Shown here: positions 31,897 to 44,495 of the stretch, one piece after another | Numbering within the stretch: position 1 is the stretch's first letter | Layout of the letters: each line of letters opens with the position of its first letter | DNA from: Macrostomum lignano | Taxonomy: Eukaryota | Assembly: GCA_002269645.1 (NCBI GenBank) | Contig: NIVC01000048.1 | Span: 124,001 to 188,000, forward strand | DNA: 64,000 nt | Direction: 5' to 3' | Program-made: the position numbers and the translations under genes | The notes under the pieces: model-generated | Databases searched by the model: none | The model's input: only the letters and a program-made list of their open reading frames with translations | What the model was told of the DNA's origin: nothing

Positions 31897-32571
31897 AAAA
31901 TTAGATGCACTCATACATTGATTTGAGCAATCTTTGACCCGCGAAGCCACTTGGCGGTGATGCGAACCGGCCTTAGCACGGATCGCTTCTCAGAAATGAT
32001 CCATTGAGTAAATTATGTTGCTTTGCGTTGTAGAAAAACTCCAAACTACGAAAGAATGATGACAAGTAACTTTCGATGAAAACTGTTTATGCTTCAGAGT
32101 ATAACTGATGCCAACTATATTTAAGTAGCTCAAACAGATTTTAAATAAAAAACAAACTGCAGTTTCGTTTATTGCAGAGAAGGTTTGCTTAAAAATCGAA
32201 GTAAAAGCTTGGCTAATGAACAAGCTGCAAATTCCAAAAAACTTGATTTGATAAAACCAACAGACAGAGATCGACAGGACACACTACAATAGAGCTCTTT
32301 TAAACATCTCTCTTCCAGCATTTATTGATTATTATTCGGCCCTTCTATTGGAATTTTTCTGAATACATTGCGTCAGTTTTTATTGAGAAATTTATAAAAA
32401 ATCTGTGTACTGTAAGCTGGGATGTTTGAATTATTACATGTAGTTATATAATAAATTTTGGACACTTACACACGGTTATTGACGGTCACTTTGATAGCCT
32501 CAGTAAAATATTTTTGTGATTAAATCTGTCCATCCGGTTCCTCTTGTCTGGCGGTGCCTGCAGTTTCCCAT

Positions 32572-32868
32572 AATCAGTTAAAAGGCGACAGGCACTCGCA
32601 CAGAACATTGGAAACAGCACCGTTCGTGTCGCTGATTTCATTAATACCCAATAGACCCTCGAATCTTCCAATTAAATTATCTTTGTCATCGTACGCTCGT
32701 AATTATTCGGCTGGCCAGTGGCCCAAAAAGCGGCATCAACGCTGATGTTGCAGCCGACCCAGTACCAGCCGCCCAGAGGCTCCGCACTGCCTGTTGGCTG
32801 GCGGCCTCCGAGCCAGATCGATTGTCCAGAGCTGTAGTTTGAGTAGATGGAGTCCACGTGGCTCATCT
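32572..32868 (-). pseudogene. Lectin copy D: 3' fragment (second half of the CTL domain) with a frameshift
   Basis: MSHVDSIYSNYSSGQSIWLGG...SDTNGAVSNVLCECLSPFN*; 5' half deleted. Confidence 0.88.
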
Positions 32869-33626
32869 AAGAATTTCTTAGGCCTCAATAATGTCAAAAA
32901 TGTCAAACCTCGTGTCCGGGTTTGGGCACGAGACGTGACTACTTAGAGGCAGAATGGGGTTGTTTTTAGGCAGATTTAACGCAAAAACCAAAATTATACT
33001 ACTATTGTAAAAAGAAGTACATGTAAGTAGTATATGGAAACGATATCCTAAGCGTACTGAATTTCAGTATCTTCTTCACATGACCACCCAAATTGCGCGG
33101 AAATTTCGGTTCGTGCAATTTTCTTGCGTAAATTTCATGTAATTGCAATTATCTTGAGGCAAAGCGTAAGAATTGCAATTTTCTTGCAAGGAAAATTGCA
33201 ATTCTCGCAATAGCTAATGTTCTTCTTACACTACTTATTTAGTAGAAATAACAGCATTTCAGCTAGCAGCTATTCCTACTCAGTAGAAATTGCTATTATT
33301 CCAGAGAAAAAAGGTTTTTGGAATACTTTTTGTCCGCAGGCACGTTCAGGTGATATGAGTTTCAATTTTCAGGTAATTTAAGGTACAAACATCTAAATCA
33401 TATACCATGAATTGCTGGAAGAACATATAATAAAAGCGAAATCTGATAAGTTTTTCTAAAAGTTTTTTTTGTAAAACCAAAATTTGTAAAAGCTACAATA
33501 TAGTTTATACGTTTTGAAATGCGCTTAAAATTATGACATGTATCTTTTGTTTTATGGTTTAAGCGAGTGAATTATTTTTTTAAAAAATTGCTTTTTTTCG
33601 TTTTCGATTTATGAAAAGTTCCGCTC

Positions 33627-33920
33627 ATGTCAGCAGGTCATGAGCGGAACGATCCTGAAATCCTCTATGAAAAGCAACAGATTGAAGAAGTCAATGAATT
33701 CAAATACCTGGGTATCATCTTTGAACCCAATAACAAATTTAAAAGATGCATTGCCTATGAGATCAAACAAAGTAATTCTGCAATGTTTTCACTGCTGCAC
33801 AAAGTCAAAGACACCACGCTGGACATCATGCTCATCGGTAGACTATTCAACTCTCTGGTCCACCAGTTAATAACGTACGGTTGTGAAATCTGGGGACCTC
33901 TAGCAATTAACCTGTACTGA
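33627..33920 (+). pseudogene. Non-LTR retrotransposon RT C-terminal fragment (CR1/L2/RTE-type)
   Basis: IEEVNEFKYLGIIF ... LFNSLV..LITYGCEIWG. Confidence 0.7.
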
Positions 33921-34682
33921 TCTCAAGAGTCAAGACCATCGACAAAATCAAACAAATTTCTACAAATACCTTCCTAACCTACCTCAAACCACTTGCAACT
34001 CTGTTATAGCTACCTGCTAGCTTTCATGTTATCCCCTTGTGCTACATCTCCTTTTTACATGTCCCTGCCTATTTTTATGTACAAATACCGATGCAATTGC
34101 TACTGCATTACGCGTCTATTCGTATACCGTAAATACTTTAATTTCTAACAATTAAAGCCTACCTAACTCTTTGTTTTAAACGCAATATTTTTGGTTATTT
34201 CCTTTTTAAAAAATATCTTTCATTCTTAGAAGCCTAATAAAGTAATATTGCCAACAGTCTTTACATTCGATGTTTGATATTGACTGATTAATACCTATAT
34301 ACCTATCTTAACCACCTAATAGATGAATTGCTCTCCACCAAGTTCATGCTGTACTTGTTTTATAATTCTTTACCAAAATCTCTTTCGTTTCATTAGCCGT
34401 TAAAGTCCGTTCGAAGATTCGTAGAAAATTTTTAGCCACTCTTTCAAGAACTATATATATATTTTTTCAAAACTCGTACTTTTACTAAATTTACCCTTTA
34501 CTGGCTTCTAGTTGAATTACTATTAAATACTGTTAAATACTGCTTTAAATAAAAATAATGCTTAACTAGTAGATTAGCAATGGTTCACCAGCAGTTTTGC
34601 AAGATTAGTATCACTCCCTTCTAGATTAGTACCATTCCCACTTAGATTAGCACCACCCCGCCAAATAGTACCACTTCCACCC

Positions 34683-35086
34683 AGATTAGAAACCACTTCA
34701 TAAGATTAGAAACCACTTCATAAGATTAGAAACCACTTCATAAGATTAGAAACCACTTCATAAGATTAGAAACCACTTCATAAGATTAGAAACCACTTCA
34801 TAAGATTAGAAACCACTTCATAAGATTAGAAACCACTTCATAAGATTAGAAACCACTTCATAAGATTAGAAACCACTTCATAAGATTAGAAACCACTTCA
34901 TAAGATTAAGAAACCACTTCATAAGATTAGAAACCACTTCATAAGATTAGAAACCACTTCATAAGATTAAGAAACCACTTCATAAGATTAAGAAACCACT
35001 TCATAAGATTAGAAACCACTTCATAAGATTAAGAAACCACTTCATAAGATTAAGAAACCACTTCATAAGATTTAGAAACCACTTCA
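34683..35086. repeat. 20-bp minisatellite AGATTAGAAACCACTTCATA
   Basis: About 20 tandem units. Confidence 0.95.
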
Positions 35087-35894
35087 TGATACTCGTACTC
35101 TTTGCAAATCAACCCTTAATTAACTAATGATTAGTATCGCTGTGTAGAAAAAAACGTTGCCCCAGAAATGTATCATTAAAAAAAAATTTTAAAACTCTCT
35201 ATGAAGCTGACTTTCTGCTTAGTCTATATGCCTGTTAATGTCTGCCAAAAACGCGGCTATTGTGCCTATTGAATGATGGTCGAAAACGGATTTATATTAT
35301 GACTTTTCATTTTACGAGCGTGTAGGGGCAGCCAGCCGCGAGCAGTCAATTACCGGTAGAGTAGAATACGCCCCTGTGCTCAAATTTTGTGGCGCAACGT
35401 ACAGTCTGCCATTATCCCCCAAGCAGTCCGCAGTTATCTGACGCACCAGTTTGCAGCTATACGCTCATAAGTATGGAGAAACTACCTCAGCAGTTTGCAG
35501 TCTGTCCCCTGTGCAGTCTGCAATGATCCCTTCGACAATCTGCTGTTCCCCTCAGCAATCTGCAGTCATTCCATTTGCAATTAGCAACTGTTCCCTTAAC
35601 AATTCTCATTTATTCCCTCATCAGTCTGCAGTTCTCGTCTCGACCGGCTCCTCAGGCTCCTCAGCAAACTGCAATTTTCCTTTTAACAATCTAAAAATTT
35701 TCGGTACATACAGGCAGTGGGATCACTAATACTCCAAGCAGCTTTTTACAAATCAAATTTGTTTAGCGACTTGTGCCGAATAGACAAAAATAGTTCATTT
35801 TTTAGTTCATTATTAAGTGTGCCTTGTTAGTTAAGCAAAAATGTTCCAAGTAGTCGATGCACAAGCTACAAAAAAATAAATTTAATTTTAACTG

Positions 35895-35974
35895 TCCGCT
35901 GTGAGGCAGACTTGAACCTGGGACCTTATATAGCCTAAACCTATTCCTAGTGCCTACAGTGCGGCTACTCCGCC
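35895..35974 (-). other. tRNA-like or SINE-head relic
   Basis: B-box-like GGTTCAAGTC and a weak A box; no convincing cloverleaf. Confidence 0.25.
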
Positions 35975-37559
35975 TATTGATCGGGGGGCAACAAAATCAG
36001 CCATATATTCTTCAGAACTGCAGTTAAATACATAGCAGTGAGAGGCTGCTCAGTGTGTACAGGTTGTGTGCAGGCGGAGGGAGCCGATGCACAGTTGAGT
36101 GAAATCTATAAATAGCAATTTTCTATAGAGCCCGCCAGTCAGACAGCCAGGGTCAGAATGTGCACACGCAGCCACTGAGCATTTTCCTCTCCCTTGCACA
36201 CAGCAGCAAGTATTGGGGCCTAAACAGTGAAGAGGGAAAAGTTGTGGCGCAATCATTTTTTAAATTGGAATTCAGCCAGTCAAGAATTCAACCTGGTTTG
36301 GTCTCCCATTAAAAGCATTGGGAAAACTCGTTTTTTAAATATTTAATACCTTTAGCATTAAAGAAGTTTTAAATGGCTTTTTACCAGATAATTACAAAAA
36401 TGTTTGCGAAAACGCCATCAAAATTGGTCAATCAGTTCAATCTCCAGAGCGTTACAGGAACACTCACACAAAGTCAGTTCGTGTAAAAGTCATACGAAGC
36501 AGCTATGACATAATCAATTACTCAGGACTGTTTCACTTTGTTGTGATGCAATCTTTATCAGAATCAGAGTTTCAACCAGTCAGTTTTTTCTCTAGCATTC
36601 TCACAATGCATTTCAAGTCAAAAAGTCTGCTTGACCTTTGCAAAAAATCATGTTTTTCGAATATTTAATCCCCGTAGCATCGAGCAATTTCTTAGCCAAG
36701 ACACATGTACCGTCACGGGAAAGTTTCTGATCGAATGGTGCAAGTTTGAAGAAAATCGGTCAAGGCAAGCGAACTCTGATATCTTCATGGACAAGCAAGC
36801 AATCAAGCAAATAAAGGTCTCTCTCGGCCTGGCTGTACAGCTGAAAACGGACACGGTATCCAAGCCACACTTTCCTTTGGCTTTCAGTGCAGCTGCTCTC
36901 CTTCCTCTCCCCGTCTCTTTCTCTTGTTTGAGCAGCTCTGAGCAATACACAATGCGGCTGAAAGTGTTACTCAGCCCTACAGGCAATGCCAACCACTCCA
37001 CTGCCAGAGTGTACATTGCTGCAATAGAGAGAGAGCTTTAATAGTATGGAATGAATGAATGCCCAGACGTCCGTCTTCAGTGTACACTGGGGCAAGATTA
37101 TAAGTACATGTACATGTACAAGTCATTAGGCTGGTGAATCAGTTACACTACAAGCAGGTTGAAACTGGATTATTTTACCAACAGGATTTGGTGCACATTT
37201 AGTATTTTAGCTCGTAACTTAATTTGAATATTGAATATATCGTGCTTTTAAAAAAAGTTATTATTGCCAATAAACACCTAAGAATTACAAGTACATTGCA
37301 AGGCTTGCTTACAACAAGGACTGCTCAAGTAGAAGGACGGAAAACTGCGTTTTTGGAAACATTTAGGAGGCAGGTTTTACCGAAAAACCATTACGACAAT
37401 ACGGAGAATGGAGGTTAATTGACTGCAGCATAATGCCAGCGTGAAGTGCCGTTGGCCCTCCTTTGATCCCCATAGTCCGAAGGAATTTTTCGTTGATTAA
37501 TCGCTTCACGCAATAGTTTGAGTGACTGAACAATCAGCCTGTACTGCGTGAAAGTGAAG

Positions 37560-38147
<588 letters not shown>

Positions 38148-38466
38148 GGATAGAGATCAGATCCACAGACAACATTATAATGGAGCCCTTTTAAACATAT
38201 CTGTATTCGAGCAGTTATTAATTATTATTCGGCATTTCTATCAGGATGATCTTAAAGTCGAGCTGATTTGCCTACCGTTTCAGATAGTTGCATTGAGAAA
38301 TTTAACAGACTACTTTATACAGGAGATTTTTTCATGAATAGTTATTCACTTTTGGAAACTATTCAAAGTTATTGATAGTCACTTTCATAACGTTAGCAAT
38401 GTAGTTTTAAGAATAAATTTCTTCATTCGACTCCTCTTGTCGGCTGGTATCTGCAGTTTCTCAGAA

Positions 38467-39210
38467 TTAAGCAAATGGCGACAGGCACTCGCACAGGACA
38501 TTGGAAATAGCATCGTACTTGCCGCCGATATCCGTAAGACCCATAAAATCCAGATACTTTGAAATTACATTTTCTCCTCCGAGGAAATTGTCGGGCTGAT
38601 CCTTAGCCCAGAAGCTGCCAACGCTGGTGTTGCAGCCGACCCAGTACCAGCCGCCCAGAGGCTCCGCACTGCCTGCTGGCTGGAGGCCTCCGAGCCAGAT
38701 CGATTGTCCAGAGCTGTAGGTTGAGTAGATGGAGTTCACGTGGCTCATCTCCTGCTCGCTGGTCACGTCGGCCATGATGACCAGACCGCTCTCTGACTCG
38801 CACTTCTGCCTGCTCAGCCACCACGTCCCGATGCCAGAGTACAGCTTGTACTTCACTCCGCACAGGTCCATGCCGTAGCCAGACGGACACAGCGCGCCCG
38901 CCTCGAGTCCCGGCCGCTGCTTGACGAACACCCGGCCTCTCCTGGAGCAGCCGCAGCTCCTCACCGACTTGCTGCACTTGTCGAACACAAACAGCTGGCA
39001 CGGACCGTCAGCCAGGCTGAACGCCTGACAGCGCAGCTTCCGGGAGCACAGAGAGGCGCAGGCCAGCTTTCTGACCACGGCTGGGTGGAACTCGACGAAT
39101 TCGGTATTGATGCAGAGACTGCCGTCAATGAGGCTGTACTGCTGCTCGTTGGCATTGGTGAGGCCAAGGACAAGAGTCATCCAGGCCACAATGTTCGATA
39201 CGCTGAGCAT
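38467..39210 (-). CDS. Lectin copy E: secreted PAN/apple + C-type lectin protein (247 aa)
   Basis: Intact intronless paralog of copies B and C. Confidence 0.82.
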   Translation of the reverse strand: MLSVSNIVAWMTLVLGLTNANEQQYSLIDGSLCINTEFVEFHPAVVRKLACASLCSRKLRCQAFSLADGPCQLFVFDKCSKSVRSCGCSRRGRVFVKQRPGLEAGALCPSGYGMDLCGVKYKLYSGIGTWWLSRQKCESESGLVIMADVTSEQEMSHVNSIYSTYSSGQSIWLGGLQPAGSAEPLGGWYWVGCNTSVGSFWAKDQPDNFLGGENVISKYLDFMGLTDIGGKYDAISNVLCECLSPFA

Positions 39211-39644
39211 TTTTGCTCGTAGCTGTCGGTAAAATGTTTTGTTTAAGAAATTGGTCAAAGTAATAACGAGAGACGATGCGAATCGCTTTTATAAAAACAT
39301 TTTTAGCAAGCGGATTCTATTTGATTTTTTTGCCCACTCGTGTCTCGTTTCCGAGAATTTTTTTATTTGTTGAAAAAATTGAATTTCCTGCGGTGAATGC
39401 CAAACTACAGTGACTTTGTCCTGACTCAGCTAGAGGGGGCCCCGCGGGGCACCGGATGCAGCTTTGAGTCTTCGCCGCCAATTTCGCTAACCCCTGGCAA
39501 CCACGGGAAGCAATGCTGCGCAGGGAGATCCGGTAGTGCCGGCGTCCTCAGCGCGGTCCTCCTCCGGAGTCCAGGAGGTGGGTGGTTAGAGAACGAGTAG
39601 AGAACGAGGTTCACGGCTGAGCTGGCTGAGCCTGCAGCTGGACT

Positions 39645-40677
39645 GCTTATTCCCCTATCAGGGACAAATTTAGAAAAGAAAATTCAGGAAGTTTCCTGCA
39701 CCGCGTCCGAAACTTTGAGAACCTCTGAAGAGTTGATTCGGGAGGTGATCAGTCCCCCGAAAACTCCCACTTCCAGACACTTAAGCCTGGGAACAAAATC
39801 AGTGATCACTTACTGTTGCGGGCTCCTCTTCTTTGTCGCGCGCGTCTGTAGAGCTCGTCTCCTTAGAGCTGTTGCTCCCGGGGTAGTCTTCTTGAAGTCT
39901 AGAATCGGCCGAAAGTGAGAGCGTAGCAATTAAATCGACGTCGCAGTATTCCTTCGAGTGCAGAATTCAATGTATTCTCGAGTGCCGAAATCAATGTCAA
40001 CGATGCGCCCTAGTAACAAAATCAACTTCAATACGAGGTCCTCCAGAAAGGGCGTCTTCTTCTAGAACTAACGGAATCGGAGTCGTGTTCTCCTATCGGT
40101 TAATCTAGGATAACCAAAATCAATCAAATCAATAATCCTCTAAGGGTATCGCAATCGGTCCGCAGATCCTATCCAATCCCTTAGGAAAAGGGAGGCCTCA
40201 AACTCAATGGAGCCCAACAAATGGAGCCCAACTCAATGGAGCCCAACAAGACTCAATAAAATCAACTGAACAGTAACGGCCGGCAATAACAATCGCTCTC
40301 AATAATCAAAATAACGAAGACTTGAACAAAGCTTACCAATTGGTGTTTATATCTTCCTCAGAGATATAGCCTCGTTGGCTGCTCTTGCAAAGCCCAATAT
40401 CTTTGGAGGCTGCTCCGAGTCTGAGATTTCAGCTCGGATTTTGCCTTTGTATTTATACACAATTTTTCGGCCTTGAGTCGACCTTGAGCTCAAAACCGGT
40501 TTTTTGATGAGTTCACGAAAGGAATTTTATTATTTGACAGGTGGGGTTTTTGAATAGAAAGGGGTGAGACTTGGGTTACATTCAGGTTAACATTTACCAT
40601 ATTTGGAAGTTCTAAAAATAGATGTCGAGAACCGGTTTTTTCGAACAATAGCATAGCCACTCGCTGTTTGCGTGACA
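39645..40677 (-). mobile_element. Putative LTR-like segment
   Basis: Minus-strand start TGTCACG, TATAAATA at 40450-40457, internal short repeats as in 15092-15905; left boundary and TSD uncertain. Confidence 0.25.
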
Positions 40678-43600
40678 TGACTGGTATTACTAAAAATAGA
40701 GTATGACCCATAGCTATTTTTAAATTTGTATTCATAACTTTATGTTACTACTTTTAGTAGGCTACTGTGTTTGAAGATCTCTACACCTCAACAGCCATTT
40801 ATATCTGATGGTGCAGGAAAGCAAAGAATTAACGATAAAGCTGGCGGTAACAAAAGCTATACTTGCAGCAAGATAACGCGACAGTCCTGGCAGATAAATG
40901 GTTATTTTTGCTTTCTTTTGGTTATTTTTATTTTTGGTTGGCAGTCGGCTTGGTCAGTAGCCCACATTTTGGGCTCCATCCCAGTGGTTTCATATCGGCC
41001 AGTTCGCACACAATATGGTGATATATCAATAATACATGTAACGAAGCGATTAAAAATATATCAATTTGGTTACTGAATGTTGTCGAAAATGAAATCTCAT
41101 TCCTTTATTTTCACATATTACAATTATCATTGGCTACAATGCAAGTACACTGTAAGCATTTATAGCGGCTTCTTTTTCCGGATATGTTAATAAATGTTTA
41201 AGGGATTAAACAAAAACTGTCAAAATTATTTTTAGTTTAGCTAACATGTGTGGCACCATTACTGAGATGCTTATCTAATAAAAATGTTTTGTGTGAACTA
41301 AGTTGAAATACTTTTCTACCAAACGTATCTTATTGTTAGTGCAAACAATAAATTATTTATTTTAACGGTATAACTTTTAATTAATTTTTCATGCGAGCTT
41401 TTCAGAAACGGTACGGTACGGTACGGTAGACCGTACACGGTAGTGCAGTCCAACTTGCAACTCTGATTGCTAAGCGAACTGCGAAATTTGAGGCCCTTCT
41501 AAAATATTTTAATAGGGTGAATGTGTTTTCTATTCTTAACCTGCCTACCGTCCCTACCGACTACGACTAGGTTTGAAAACTGCTTTTGACGCAGTTTCAT
41601 AGTACGAGCGTAGATAGAGCAAAGTATGATGATCTTTCTAGTGGTAGCGTTTTCATCTACCAGCCACGTGCCACGTTATCATCTTTTTGATAGTTTGTAG
41701 TGCCCTTCACAAGTTTTGTAGCTATGGTTCAATAGACATAGTTCATGTGTCTATTCAATATATAATAGTCGAAAATTGTGTGAATCTCAGTTTGGATTAA
41801 TGCATTATTAGTGTTAGAACCAGTCAGTCAGATAAGAATCATAAGAGTAGAATTATTTTGTTTTAAAATTTTTGATTTTTGTGGCCAAGACTTTAGTAGT
41901 TTAATAACTAGTAGTAGTTTAAGTAGTTTAATAGTAGTTTAATAATTAGTATAAGGTCATTTTTAAGATTGATTTAAATGGACAAAGGAAATTATTTTCA
42001 TTTCAGACTATTTTATTTAATCCTACTTGAACATTATTTAGCTAGTCACTGACTTACTGTGGCTTGTTTTTTAATAATTTAAATTTTTATAAGGAATATG
42101 TTTTTTTGGCTGTCAAAAGTTTTGATTTTTGATTTAAAAGAAACTTTATATTCAAGCTAAGAATGTTTTAAAAATATTTCATTACTTTTTTAATTTCAGT
42201 TTTTTCTTTGAACTCTTTTCTTCTGTCTAAATGGCATTTTATACTTCTTTTTTTCCTGTCTTAGAGTGTAAGCGAAAAATTAAGAATTTTCTTGCTTGAG
42301 ACAAAATTATATCTGCATGTAATGTTATTGCTTACTCTATATCAGTTTGCAGTATAGTTTAACTTTTTTATAAACAATTATTATGCTGAAAATTTTAAAT
42401 TATAAATTTAAAAGAAACCAAAAGTTCAATAACACTGTAAGATATAAAGTCTCATGTTTTTGGCACTTTTTGATTAGCCATATTTAGCATCAAAGAAGTG
42501 ACATTCATGTTGATCTTAATTATTGTTTAAATTTATAAGTTTAGCGTGTACTTTTTTGCTATTTTTCTGAACTTTCGAACCCTTCGTTTTTAGCCAGCAT
42601 TTTGGTTTTCAAACATTCGAGAAAATAATATTCGTAGTTAAAAATTCTAAAACAGACAGAAGACAGGAGCCATAACGGGGTTGCATGGATGACAAACAAA
42701 AGAAACTGGAGAAGATCTGCTCAAACTCTGCCCTGCTGAAATCTGTCCATCTCTCTCTCTACCGTTGCATTCTCACTCTCTCCCTAGCAAATGTAAACAA
42801 GGCTCTGGCAAACAGCGAAAAAGCACAAGCTGACTGATATCTGCTATAGACTACTGCCGTCCCACCGCTCCCTCGCTCTCTCCCCCATCTCATTTCTCAG
42901 CCCTCCTCAACCCGTTATGAGCTGACGACAAGAGAACTGGCGTACTTTGCTTCGCTTTGCACACAAAGCAGAAAAACGTCTTTTGTGGGGAGTTGGCGAG
43001 CAAGCCAGTGGTTGCTAGGGTGTGCAGGTATTTTTTTAATTATGGGGGGGTTAGAGGTAAGAGATTGAAGCCAGTTCGTTGTTTCTTAGGCTTAGCTTCA
43101 GGTGGAAGGCAGGTGAGGTGTTTGTCTGCCTTTCCAAGACTCCAAGACTGCTTCACCCCCACCCCAACCGGCCTATATTCCTCATAGGCATTTGCAGCAA
43201 CTGTACTCTTTGGCTCTTAATCTTTGCTGCCAATGCCGCTGCAGATGCGCAATGGATGAACGTAGAGCTTCATCTCATCTCTCTTTCCCTTTGAATTCAA
43301 CTGCTGCAAAATGGGCTCCTTTCATGCCTTCAGCTGGACGGTTGGTTAAGTAAAGATGCACTTCATTCTTTGCTCTGTCGCTGCCTGCCCGCCTACCTTC
43401 TTCTCGTCTCTTCGTCTCTAGCACAGTAAATCTTAGCTACTTACACTTGCTCTCCATTATTCATGGTCAGCGCAGACAGAGACTTGGTTAGACAGACACA
43501 GGCCAGGTGTTATCTGTATCCAAGCATCGACAAAATGAGTTAAAAAACGGGTTCCGAGCGTTTCAAGCCCTTTTCAAATACTTTCTCCTGAAATTCACCA

Positions 43601-43701
43601 TTTCAGTGTGGACAAAACAAACTGCGATTCAATTCCGGCATAGTTGGTTATTGAATTTCAAATTCGAGCTCAGACACAGAGCGCAGTGACTGCCGTGTGC
43701 C

Positions 43702-44399
43702 ATGACCAGCGCACTGATGGAGCACAGCGGCAATGTTGGCAGCCTCCTGGCCGCAAGACGGCAGGCCAGGGAGGAGCGTCGCCGACAAAAGCGGATAGTG
43801 ATTTTCTGCAACGGCGACATCTTCTTCAAGGGCAAGAAGGTGAGCATCACGCCGAACAGGTACGTGTCCTACAACGACCTGCTGCAGGACCTGACGTACC
43901 GGATGCCGCAGAATCTGTACCTGCCCAATGGCGTCAGGCAGCTGTTCTCGCCCAGCAGCGGCCGACGCCTTGGAAGCATCTCCGACCTGCGGGACGGCGG
44001 CGCGTACGTGTGCGCTGGCAATGAGACTTTCAAGCCTGTGAAGTATGGAGCCGCCGAGCTGCTGCCCTGGGGCAAAGGTGAGCTGATTGAGACTACTGGC
44101 AACTCACCGCATTGAGTTCGCATGTTCACACATTCACGCAGCTTTCTAACTGTCAATATTCAATTCTTCTGTTCCCTGTTTTAGAGGGTAAGAGATTTTT
44201 AAAAAATCCTTTTGCCTGCCCCTGATGCTAGGGGTTGAATCAATTTATTAGAATTCTTGCACTCACCTTGTTTAGTGCACCTTTATCATTTTAACATAGG
44301 CTGTGTTTTTTAGAAATTATCGATTTTCCTTTCGGTTTTTCATTTTCTAGTTTCAAAAGAACCTGATAGGTAGATGAGTAGACAGACAGACAGACAGAC

Positions 44400-44495
<96 letters not shown>

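Noticed and set aside
35895-35974. Functional tRNA gene
   Set aside because: B box present, but acceptor and anticodon stems do not pair convincingly; kept only as a low-confidence relic.
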